Source of the DNA: Octopus sinensis
Lineage: Eukaryota
Reading direction: 5' to 3'
Assembly (NCBI RefSeq): GCF_006345805.1
Contig: NC_042999.1
Coordinates: forward strand, 106,330,001 to 106,394,000
DNA length: 64,000 nucleotides
The position numbers were made by a program, and so were the translations under genes. How positions within the stretch are numbered: the first letter of the stretch is position 1; every line of letters begins with the position of its first letter. Below, one piece after another: positions 13,001-23,785 of this stretch. The notes beneath the pieces were generated by a model. The model searched no databases and was not told the DNA's origin. It saw nothing but the letters and a program-made list of their open reading frames with translations.

Positions 13001-14149
13001 TTATATATGTATGTATGTATTTATATATACGGGCATACACACACATAATCACATGATATATACGTATGTGTGTGTATTAATGTATCTGTTATTATTCAAT
13101 TTTATTTCAAGATTTCTCCCCAATAGATAAAGAACCAGTTTCTAACCTACATCGAAGTCTCCTTCATCGGAATTTCAACATCAGCAGGATATTTCTGTAT
13201 TCATGTGCAGAGTTACTTAGTTACTTGGTTTTTATGTATGCATGCATGTATGTATATATATATAGGTATGTATGTATGTATGTATGTATGTAAGTGTGTA
13301 GGTATATACGTATCTGTATATGCACAAATACTTTCGTGTATGTAGTATGACTGGCGAAATGGTAATAAAATCATTACAAATCTGGTTTTGTTAAGGAAAC
13401 AAATCTAGTCGTGTTACGGAAAAAAAACTCCTGTTTCTGCAATCAGGCTAGACGTATAAATTACGGAAGAATTTGACTCATAGGCTCTGAATGAACAATA
13501 TGTTATTCTAGATATGTCATGTGTGTCACAATATATCTTGACAGAACTAAGTGAACCGTTTGCAGATCTAGCTTGGTCTCAAAATTTTGTGTCCTCGTAA
13601 TAATTTTGTTTATTTTAATAAATATATTTTCGAAATGCTTTTGGAGTCTGAGACAGCGTACACATATACGTACACTATTACATGCGCATACAGCATGCAC
13701 ACAAATACACACACATACACGCACATGCACGCTGGGAATACCCATATATATATATGTGTATGTTTTTGTGTGCGGGTATGTGCGTATGTGTGGCGTCTTA
13801 AACGATACGTTATGTACTGCAGAATTAATTTCTAAAATATTTTGAAGGACATTTTTATACCTTATGCCGGCGTCTGCGTTGTGAGCAGATGTTGTGTGTG
13901 GGTGAAAGAGTGTCTATGTGTACGTGCGGATGTTTGTGTATGTCTATTTAGCAAGATATTTTATCTATGGGACATCATCGTTGCTTTTGAAATTGAACGT
14001 GTTTAGGGTGTAATCTTTTACATGGCGATGATGCGATGATCCTCGAGTAGCTGAGATGTCTTCAAGTTGAAACATCTCGCAAAATGCTGAGAATTTGTGA
14101 AAAATAAAAGAATGTGCGCGCGCATGTGTGTTTCTGTGTGCATATGTCT

Positions 14150-14515
14150 TATCTTTTTACTTTTAGTTGTCTCAGCCTTTGGTCTGCAGTCGCGCTGGGA
14201 CACTCCTTGAAGCGTCTTGTCGAACAAATTCATCCCAGTACTTTTATGGCAGGCTCTTTTTACAGAATCGTATGAACACATGAACGTAAAGAAACCAAGA
14301 GCGTTTGTCAAACGATAGTAGATGACAAACACGGACATAAACACAAAGATAAACATACACACATATATGCATATATTTGTGTCTGACGGGCTTCTTCAGA
14401 TTCCGTCTACCAATTCTAATATTCGAGTCCATAGCAGAAAACATTTACCTTAGGAGCCGTGCTGTTGAACAGAAATATTGAACTATGTAGTTGGAAAGCA
14501 AAAGATTTGAGTAAT
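14150..14515 (-). mobile_element. SINE family A, degenerate
   Basis: cttttagttgtctcagcctttggtctgcag...gtcgaacaaattcatcccagtac, and gacgggcttcttcagattccgtctacc. Confidence 0.65.
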
Positions 14516-14833
14516 TTTCACGTGAACAGGATAAAAGAAAGAAATGAAGTTGAAAAAGCACTTCAAGAAAATATATTTACACTTATTTCACCAATTTCTT
14601 CATTTTCATAATTACTGATGAAAAAACATAATCCTGGGTTTATACAGCATTTGCTTCTAATAAACCTGTGGGGGCAGGTTTATTAGAGAATATGTAGCAC
14701 TTCCGCATATTTGATTAGCTGCGCTAGCTGTCAAAATAAGCTAGCTGTCTGAGTTTGGTAGCTTTGTGGTTTCTTACTTTTTCGGTACTTACACACACAC
14801 CCACACATATATATGTATATATATATATATATA

Positions 14834-14868
<35 letters not shown>

Positions 14869-14881
14869 TAGATAGATAGAT

Positions 14882-14936
<55 letters not shown>

Positions 14937-15007
14937 TAGATACATGTGTGTGCGTGTGTATATCTGCGCGTGTGCATGTATAAAAGTGAATAAATATATA
15001 TACATAC

Positions 15008-15042
<35 letters not shown>

Positions 15043-15554
15043 CACGCGCGCGTGTGTGTGTGAGTGTGCGTGTTACGACAACCAGTAAGTTGTCATTATA
15101 GTACTCGGAGTTTCAAATGCCGGAGCTAAATGCTACGATGCATTCTCATCTGCTATTAAAGGCAATAGACAATATGAAAACCATTGAATAAAAGGGAAGA
15201 TACTCTAATAGGTAGAAAAATATATATAAAAGATAAAAAGTGCACGCAACCATATTCTCACAATACATACACATAAAACCTACTTCGTTGATAACCTCTA
15301 CATACGTACATACGCATATATACATGCATATACACACACAAGCATATATGTGCATGTACGTACTCATATATATATATATATATAATATATATATATATAA
15401 TATATATATATATATATACATACCCACAATCACACGCACACGCACGCACACAAACACACACATATATGTACGTATGTATGCATATGGTATTTATTTCTGG
15501 ATTTACAAAAGAATATTACAAACCCTATAGCAAACCCAGCGATAGACTTAGTTA

Positions 15555-16420
15555 TATTAATGTAGGTTCCTGCCACCCACTACCATAATATTTAAGAATT
15601 TAGTTAAGAATATTAGAAGAAGAATTTCCAGCCTCTCCTCCAATATACACATATTAAATGATGCTGCCCCAATACACAACAAAACCGTTAAATCTAGTGG
15701 ATTTAAAGACGAAATAGCTTTCACACCAGTATTAGGCCAGAAATACAGAAACGAAAATATAGACACAGGAAAATTATCTGGTTCGCACCCCCTTATTTCT
15801 CTGAAGTGACCTTTAGTATAGGTAAATATTTCTTGTCACGTTAAGACTCCTTCCAATAAATCATAAATATAGGAAAATCTTTAATGGGCATAACCTAAAA
15901 CTTAGTTTTAGTTCAACCCCAAATTTTAAAGCCATAATTGCACACAACGCAAAACAACAACATGAAGCCAGTTGTTCCTGTAAGGATAAAAACTTCTGCT
16001 CGCTAAATGGTGCCTGTATGACCAAGGCCATTATTTATGAAACCACCGTAAATTCTACGAACTCTAGTAACATAGTTTCGTCAAATTGATATGTGGGTCT
16101 CACGGTGGGAAATTTTAAAGTAAGCTTCATCAATCAAATCTTAAGCTTTAGACACTGGGATAAACGGAAAACTACCAAATTATCTAGTCGTATAATGTTC
16201 TTAAAAGAACAAGGTGTCAGCTATAGGATTTACTGGTAGATCTTGTCCAAGTGTAAAACTTATACCAACGATAATGGCAAGTGCGGTCTTTGTGATATGG
16301 AACGATGGCTCATCTGGAAAAGTTCTTTGGACACCGCTACATGTCTAAATTCAAGAACTGAACTTTTTGAATCATATCCATATATTACAAAATACCTGTT
16401 ACGGTCCCCACCACCAAGAT
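15555..16420 (+). pseudogene. PLE RT C-terminus plus GIY-YIG endonuclease, stops and frameshifts
   Basis: Manual translation as above; ORF track 16243..16425 covers the C-terminal part. Confidence 0.75.
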
Positions 16421-16899
16421 CATAGATCTGCATTTTTATTATGTTCCTGCACAAATTTTCCGTATGTCTTAACATTTTTTATTGTTTTATATATATTTTT
16501 TCATATTTTCCTTTTTAATTGTGTGAATGAGTATGAGTGAGTATATGTATATGTATGTATATGCTAAATGTGTATGTGTGTGCAAGTGTATATATATGTA
16601 CGCGTATACGTATGTATATGATTGTAGGACTGTGTCCGGTATATAAGTGCGACTTTCAAGAACCACGTCCGCTTCTTTTACACGGATATGCATATGCACA
16701 TATGTTTGTGTGTATGTGCATGTACACAAATATGTTTGTGTGAGTGCGTACGTATGTAGACTTTATGAACGCTGGAGGTTTTATGTCTATGTATTGTAAG
16801 AATATGGTTGCGTGGATTTTTTATCGTTTATATATTTTTCAACCTATTAGAGTAACTTCCCTTCTATTCAACGGTTTTTCATAGCGTCTGTTGCCATTA

Positions 16900-16958
16900 A
16901 TAGCCGACGAGAATGCATCGTAGCCCTTAGCTCCGGCATTTGAAACTCCGAGTACTAT
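16900..16958 (+). ncRNA. hammerhead ribozyme-like motif (degenerate) in PLE terminal repeat
   Basis: atag-CCGACGA-gaatgc...gcattt-GAAAC-tccgaGTA-ctat. The inverted copy at 15156-15098 reads CAGATGA, so the two copies point to a CTGATGA consensus. Confidence 0.6.
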
Positions 16959-17059
16959 AATGACAATTTACTGATTGCCTTAAAGTATACATATATAAAT
17001 ACTCCTCTATTTACCTAATATCGAGGTCTCATTCTTTTTATTATCATTATTATTATTAT

Positions 17060-17612
17060 TATTATTATTGAGTGAGAGAGCGGTGCATGCCATTAAAGTG
17101 ACACTGGGGTAAAATATACGAAGCCCTGTATACCCATCATGACTACCCGTCTGATAAGGGCACACAAGGCATGTGCATCACAACCATATGTGCGCGACAT
17201 GGTGATCTTATATCAGGATAAACAGCGCATGACCTTACTGGTGGGGCCCAGTTAGAACTTTCTTCTGGTCGAGTAGCTCATGCCGCTAAAAAGGTCCCTG
17301 AACAAGGATTGTTTAAGGATGTTGAACGAACCACCCATGTTTCCAAAGGTGAATCATGCAAACCTCCAAGAATTCCTTTCAACACATGGCCATGATGCTC
17401 CCCCAGTAATTCTGCTCGTGATCAGAGATGCACATATCGTCTGCCACTAAGGGACATGGTCAACTGGTTAAGGTCAAACAACTAACAAACAAATCTGTGG
17501 TTTTGAGCAAAATATTTCCTGTAGCCCATCTTTTATACCTAGACAAAACAATGTACATGATAACACTTCCAATCAGTTAAGATCAGAAGCCATGAGAGCC
17601 ATGTTACTGCAT
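17060..17612. mobile_element. about 550-bp non-coding interspersed repeat inserted in (ATT)n
   Basis: Higher-GC block bounded by (att)n at 17040-17059 and from 17613. No ORF. Resembles a recalled abundant Octopus repeat. Confidence 0.6.
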
Positions 17613-17650
17613 CAAGGCATTTATTATTATCATTATTATTATTATTACTA

Positions 17651-17704
<54 letters not shown>

Positions 17705-17748
17705 GGAGTAGTAGTAGTAGTAGTAGTAATAGTAGTAGTAGTAGTAGC

Positions 17749-17801
<53 letters not shown>

Positions 17802-17815
17802 CAGTAGTAGTAGTA
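17613..17815. repeat. (ATT)n-(AGT)n compound trinucleotide array
   Basis: Direct reading. Confidence 0.95.
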
Positions 17816-20211
17816 TACCAAAGTCACAAGTATATATATGTATTTGTGTGTTAGAGTGCGTGTGTATGTTGCATGTATCATACATTTCTACTGCTAGGGT
17901 TGTTTTATGCTATTTTAGCCATGTTCCAGTAAAACAAAACATCGATTTTAAATTGGTATGTGGGTGTGGTTCGCCTTTTAGTGTGCTTTCTTGTTGTTTT
18001 GCAACAATCTGATTATCTAATCTTGACAATATAAAACAAAAAAAAAACTAACATTTAAAAAAAAATATTTTAATGTCTACATCAGTCAGTGTCTGTCTTG
18101 TTAAAAAGTAGATATTTCGCATAAACAAACAATGGTATCTGGGTGTGACTGAATATCATTTGAAAAATAAATCTTTCATATCTCATCTGAATTTATCAGT
18201 TTAGCATTAGAATCTTCAACAAGAATCAAGAAAAAATTTTAAACTGTTGTACATTAAATCTAGTAGTTTTATGCACTATGTAATATTTGCTACGTTTTTC
18301 ACATGAACATGCTCGGGAATAACAAACTATCTACAATGTATTGCAAGGCGAACGAAAGGGGTGTACGACTCCGATTTTACCATCAATTTAAAAACTAATA
18401 AGAATACAAACTGCAGCTATAGTACTGATGTGAAAATCTCTTTTAATCGGTACTTAGTAATGCTTTCAACATTCTTTTGATAAGTAACCTACCGAAAGTA
18501 ACAGCTTCTTTTTCTTTTGTAATATTTCATGTTAAATTAGCATTTGTATTGAAATACAAAAACATACGAGATATTTTTCTCTTCCAAATCTTTCTAGAGT
18601 ACTTTTACATGTCTTTAGCAATTGTCAGAAGTTGCCAGCAACTGAAATTTTTTCTCTGTAATAAATGGGTTTGTCTAGTCTGTAATTAGTTTTTCAAGAA
18701 AGAATTACTCTGATTCAATTAAAGATTAGTTTAAACAATGCTAATATCTATTGATATAATTTCGTGTATTATTTTACTTATGTTATTTTTATACACGCAT
18801 TTGTTGACCTAATTCAGCAACTTCATCAACCTTACCAATACTTACATATAGAGAAAGCATAACATCATATATCATTAGTGTGCCTACAATTCTCATCATA
18901 GTAATTTAAAATTTTCTATAACAACAGTACTATCAAAAATCTATCATATTGTACAATAGTACACTGCTTAATATACTGCGTTATATTGCAGTCAACTCTA
19001 CGTTTAGATTAGATTTTTATGTTACAAATTTGGGAGCCACAATAATTATACTGGAATAATTATACGGGAATAATTTATTGATTGAATGGTTGTATACTGT
19101 CAATCTAACAAGAACGTGACAGTAGGGGGTACACCACCGTTGTATAGCCCTAGGAGGCATCGAACGCCTCCTGACAGCTCCGACACATTTTTCCCTGTGT
19201 CCTTATATACCTGCAAAAAAGCCCTATTCTGCATAAAAAAGAAAACATTTGCCACAGACAGGTTTTCCATATTTGCAATACTACGTATCTCTATTCTAGA
19301 CTACATTTAAAGAAATGTTGATTGGCAAAGGTACGCTTAGCAACAGTAACATACATGTGTGTAACTTTCTTGTTGCTACTCCTTTATTGCTACTTTAATA
19401 GATTCTACGACTAATCTATATTTGTTTTACAAAATTGGTCCAAAATATTGTGAGAGTTTCCAGTTTCTGCGCATTTACTACCAATGTTTTTCCTACGACA
19501 CTAGTGTGTAGATTGTATAGTAAAACATCGAAGTTATTGACCCTATTGATATACGAAAACCTAATGAAGGAAATTAAACATTCTCTCTGTTCCTTTCTCG
19601 ATGAAGAATATAAAACACTCCAACAAATAGTTTTTTAAACTGCAAATACATAGCCAGTGATTGTTTCACTTTCACTAACACCACCACTAATGCAACCCAC
19701 ACATAAATAACGCTACAGCAACAACAGTTTCCATAAGGGCTTGTGTTATTACAAGACGACTAAGAGTAAATCTAAAACGATAATAAATACTATTATTTAA
19801 ATCACTGGAATCAAACTCCCTTTCACTACATTCTCTGCAAAAATTAATATTGTTTTAGCGTGATTTCTTGCTTAACAACTAGCATCTTCTCTATCAACAC
19901 GATATTGCATCAAGTATAAGAAAGACAAATTTTAGTTTTTTGTAACTTGCATTTAGAAGCATGTTTTATATCCGTCAGAAAGTATTTTCTTTCATTTTGA
20001 CAGAACAAATATTATAATCAATAGTTATTAGTGGGGTTTGAGTTTTAAAACTTCTCTTTGAATGTCTACTCTAAAATCAGTCAGTCGTTAAATGTTGCAG
20101 TCTTATTTCTCATAAACTGTTCACAAATTCCACCTCTTCACTTAATGGACACTTGAATGTATGCGCTCGAATGCATATATACATATATATATATATTATA
20201 TATATATATAT

Positions 20212-20307
<96 letters not shown>

Positions 20308-20662
20308 TGTACACGCATAAATTCACACTAAATAGAAACATACACGTAAAGTGAATTAGTCTTAGTGGATTCAAATGATTTTGTGTTAAGTCATAAATAT
20401 ATCATAGTAAATTCTCTGAAGCAAAATATATTTATGTTTAAAATATACTTCCTCATGCTTAGGAATGAATCTTTATACTCCGCGTTCTTGGCAGAAGGAG
20501 TAAAGTATTGAAGTGATAGAGTTTCTAACCTAGTAGTTATATTCAAGCTCCATTTAACTCAACTTTTTGTCAAAAAATCACGAGCATCAGCTAAACAAAA
20601 TTGTTAGTTATTTAGCATATTCGTTTGAGCATGAGATATATTAATAGATTTATAAATTCGCA

Positions 20663-20693
<31 letters not shown>

Positions 20694-21054
20694 ATAACCG
20701 CAATTTCTTCTATAACAAGGTTAATACATTTAAATATATGCATAACGTTCGTAATTTCTATGGTGAAATATTGTAATAAGAAATGAGTGGATCTTACCTA
20801 TTTAACCGATAATCCTATCATAATAGTTACATATGTTTTATCTATATTTTTCTGCTAGTAATATCTTCTAGCATTCTAATCTTACCTGACATTTACATTC
20901 CTAGTGCAATCCCACAGAAGTCGCTCACTCTATCAGAAATGAAGTGTTCATCGAAACCTTTTACCTTCTCAATGGATTTATATTAGTTTCCAGATGGAAT
21001 TAACCATTATTAACACAAAGTAAATTTCTTCGACTCGTGTTCACAATATTGCAT

Positions 21055-21510
21055 CTTTTATCTTTCACTTGTTTTTGTTATGAGACTGTGACCATGTTGC
21101 GGCACCCGCCTTGGCCTTGACTAATTTGCAAAAGAATCAATTTCATCGTTTATTTATTTTAACCTCTTCTTCGAACCGCTAAGTTATGTGGACGTAAACA
21201 CACCAACCCCGATATCTATGCGGTAGTGGGAGATAAACGGGTATAAAAAAACACATAAACGCACACACACATCCGCACGCACGCAGATACGCACGCACAC
21301 ATACGCAAAAGCACACACATATATATGTGTATACAAACACACATTTACACACACACATTCACAAGACGGGCATTTTTCAGTTCCCGTCTACCAAATTCCC
21401 TCATAAGACAAGCGTATAGTAGATGACACTTGACCAAAGTGACACTCAGGGGGACTGAACCCGGAACCATATAGCTGAGAAGGAAATTCTCATCACACAT
21501 CCACGTTTGC
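21055..21510 (-). mobile_element. SINE family A, near full length, degenerate
   Basis: cgaaccgctaagttatgtggacgtaaacacacc...gggactgaacccggaaccat. Confidence 0.75.
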
Positions 21511-21630
21511 GACTTTTATCGTTTTTCATTGTTCTTTAGCCCTGGATCAAGAAAATGTTCAGCTCACTTGAAAAATACCTTGTTTACTTTCGTTCCTTCC
21601 TCGTACTTAAATGTTAATCAATTATTATTA

Positions 21631-21703
<73 letters not shown>

Positions 21704-21944
21704 CATCATCATTATTGTTGTTGCTGTTGTTGTTAGTAGTAGTATTAGTAGTACTAGTAGTAGCAGCAGCAGCAGCAACGGCGGCATAATTAGTAGTAAA
21801 GAGGACCGTCTTACTTCTAATAATAGCGATTGTATGGCATTTTTACATACCAATTTACATTATTTATATTTGACGGATATTTGTCCTCATCTTGTTTGTT
21901 GTTACCACAACGTTTCGGCTGATATGCCCCCCAGGTTTCGTCAT

Positions 21945-22709
21945 ATGGTCTCAGGCCATCCGTATACCGCAAGCCGACCTGCACTGGACGAAATCTCAAC
22001 TTCAATTCCCACCATCCATAGAGTGCAACGACAGAGATTGCTCAGTGCCTAAAACATCGAGTAATGAATATAAGTAGTGATCGTGATACCCACCACGAAG
22101 AAATGATCAGGCTCAGTAACAACCTGTTGAGCAACAACTACCCACAAAACGATACTATCCACTCCAATGAAAAAATGAGAGGATGAAACCAATATACGGT
22201 CCACAGTCTGTTTACCCTATGTGAAAGGCCTCTCCGAAAAGATACAAAAGACATGCGGCCCACATGACATCATGAGAGTATTCAAGAGAAATACAACACT
22301 TCGCAAATATCTCCTTCGAGTAAAAACACATATAGAATAGAATATGACCAAAGACTGCGTATATTCCATCCCATGCAGCTGTCGTAGGTTATACAAAGGC
22401 GAAACATGCCGACCCTTCAAAATAAGAGTAGAAGAACATCGCAAAGCTGTGACACGAGGAGATATTACTAAATCGGGTATAGCTGATCTTGTATGGAAAA
22501 ATGGAGACCACCGTCCCCTGTGGGATGAAGTTAAATTAATAGACAGAGAACACCACTGGAAAATACGGAAACTAAAAGAAGCAGCACATATACTAGGACA
22601 CAAGAACCTCCTAAGCAGACCGAGTGCAGATATAAGTAGCATATGGGAACCTGTATTAAGGAAGGATTGGAAAATATTAAGGAAGGATAGGAAAATATCA
22701 GATTTATAA
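21945..22709 (+). pseudogene. PLE RT thumb plus GIY-YIG endonuclease with stops and frameshifts
   Basis: ORF track 22344..22709 plus manual upstream translation. Confidence 0.85.
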
Positions 22710-22737
22710 GCCCAAAAATTCACTTCGTAATTATCCA

Positions 22738-22800
22738 CGGGCATATGGCGTAGTGGTTAAGAGTGCAGGCTTCTAACACCATGATTCCGAGTTCGATAAC
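22738..22800 (+). promoter_or_regulatory. tRNA-like Pol III cassette (A box and degenerate B box) within the PLE 3' repeat
   Basis: TGGCGTAGTGG at 22746-22756 and GAGTTCGATAAC at about 22789-22800. It begins about 30 nt after the PLE stop codon. Confidence 0.65.
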
Positions 22801-22962
22801 ATCGAAAAATACCTTAGGAATGAGAACCCGGGTTTGAAATTTCTCCAAGACACCTGGCGGGTATATCAGCCGAAAAGTTGTGTTAACAACAAACAAAATA
22901 AGGACAATATGTCAAATGTAAATAATGTACATAATTCCTCACCTCTTAGATATACAACTGTA

Positions 22963-23575
22963 CCATGCTAGGTTGTTTTCTTCTACTCTAATGCTACGTT
23001 CGCATCCAATAAATTCTCTTTCCCCTCTTTTTCATTGTACACTCAGTCTGTCTGTGTCACTTTTTGGGTGGAGTGTCCCATATCTAGTCAGCAACTTTCT
23101 TGTCTTTCTGTCTAAGCTGCTTAGTTCGGTTATTGTTCATGCGATTACCCCTGTTCTATATCTAAAGAGTGAAACCACCCAGGTGTTGGTGGCTTCAATC
23201 TTTTTCCCTCCGTTTAATTTCTACTTAAGTATAAGTCTCAATCTGCGCAATTACTCCACCTTAAATTTTTCTGTCATTTCTTTCTCCATCAATTTATCCC
23301 TTTCCAAAATCACCTAGTACTTATAGCCAGTCTCTTCTATTTGCTTCATAGCCTCCTCCGGTGGTATCGCTAACCCGTCCATACATTTGATTTAGCCTCT
23401 CTTGAAGACTAACACACCGCACTTTCTCAGTCCGAATTCCATTCTGATATCAGCACTGAAAGTATACACTGTATCAACGAGGGAACTGATTGGGCTTCAT
23501 CTTAACCATAAAGTTTGAGGTCATCCATGAATAACAAATGGTTGACTTTTTGTTGGGGGCTTCATGATTTCTACT
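22963..23575 (-). mobile_element. R4/Dong-clade LINE RT fragment (second subfamily), degenerate
   Basis: Minus translation KVNHLLFMDDLKLYG...DIRMEFGLRKC...LDRKTRKLLTRYGTLHPKSDTDRL, with many stops. Confidence 0.85.
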
Positions 23576-23624
23576 GTCACTAAACTTCTTCCAGTTGCTG
23601 TCTGTTGGGTCCACAAATTCACCA

Positions 23625-23628
23625 TATT

Positions 23629-23659
<31 letters not shown>

Positions 23660-23691
23660 CCACCACCACCAACATCACCACCACCACCACC

Positions 23692-23768
<77 letters not shown>

Positions 23769-23785
23769 TATTATTATTATCATTA
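23625..23785. repeat. (ATC)n/(ACC)n/(ATT)n array
   Basis: Direct reading; source of the poly-His/Ser/Ile ORFs. Confidence 0.95.

Larger units (their letters stand above)
15071..16983 (+). mobile_element. 5'-truncated Penelope-like element with inverted terminal repeat (lineage 1, degenerate)
   Basis: Arms 15071-~15360 and ~16690-16983 are reverse complements. The interior encodes PLE RT-thumb/linker (HRKIIWFAPPY, KIFNGHNLKLSFSSTPN) and GIY-YIG remnants (GACMTKAIIY...YVGLTVGNFK...CGLCDME...LNSRTEL). Confidence 0.85.
21850..22962 (+). mobile_element. 5'-truncated Penelope/Poseidon-type element with inverted 5' copy of its 3' repeat (lineage 2)
   Basis: VYRKPTCTGRNLNFNSHHP, LPYVKGLSEKI and GIY-YIG CVYSIPCSCRRLYKGET...RVEEH...RKLKEAAHI. 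Positions 21855-21935 are the reverse complement of 22855-22930. Confidence 0.88.

Noticed and set aside
14018-14362. 114-aa minus-strand ORF
   Set aside because: It is largely the reading of a SINE-A 3' half plus microsatellite.
22738-22810. Functional tRNA gene
   Set aside because: The T-arm and acceptor stem are truncated; it is a tRNA-derived head within a retroelement.
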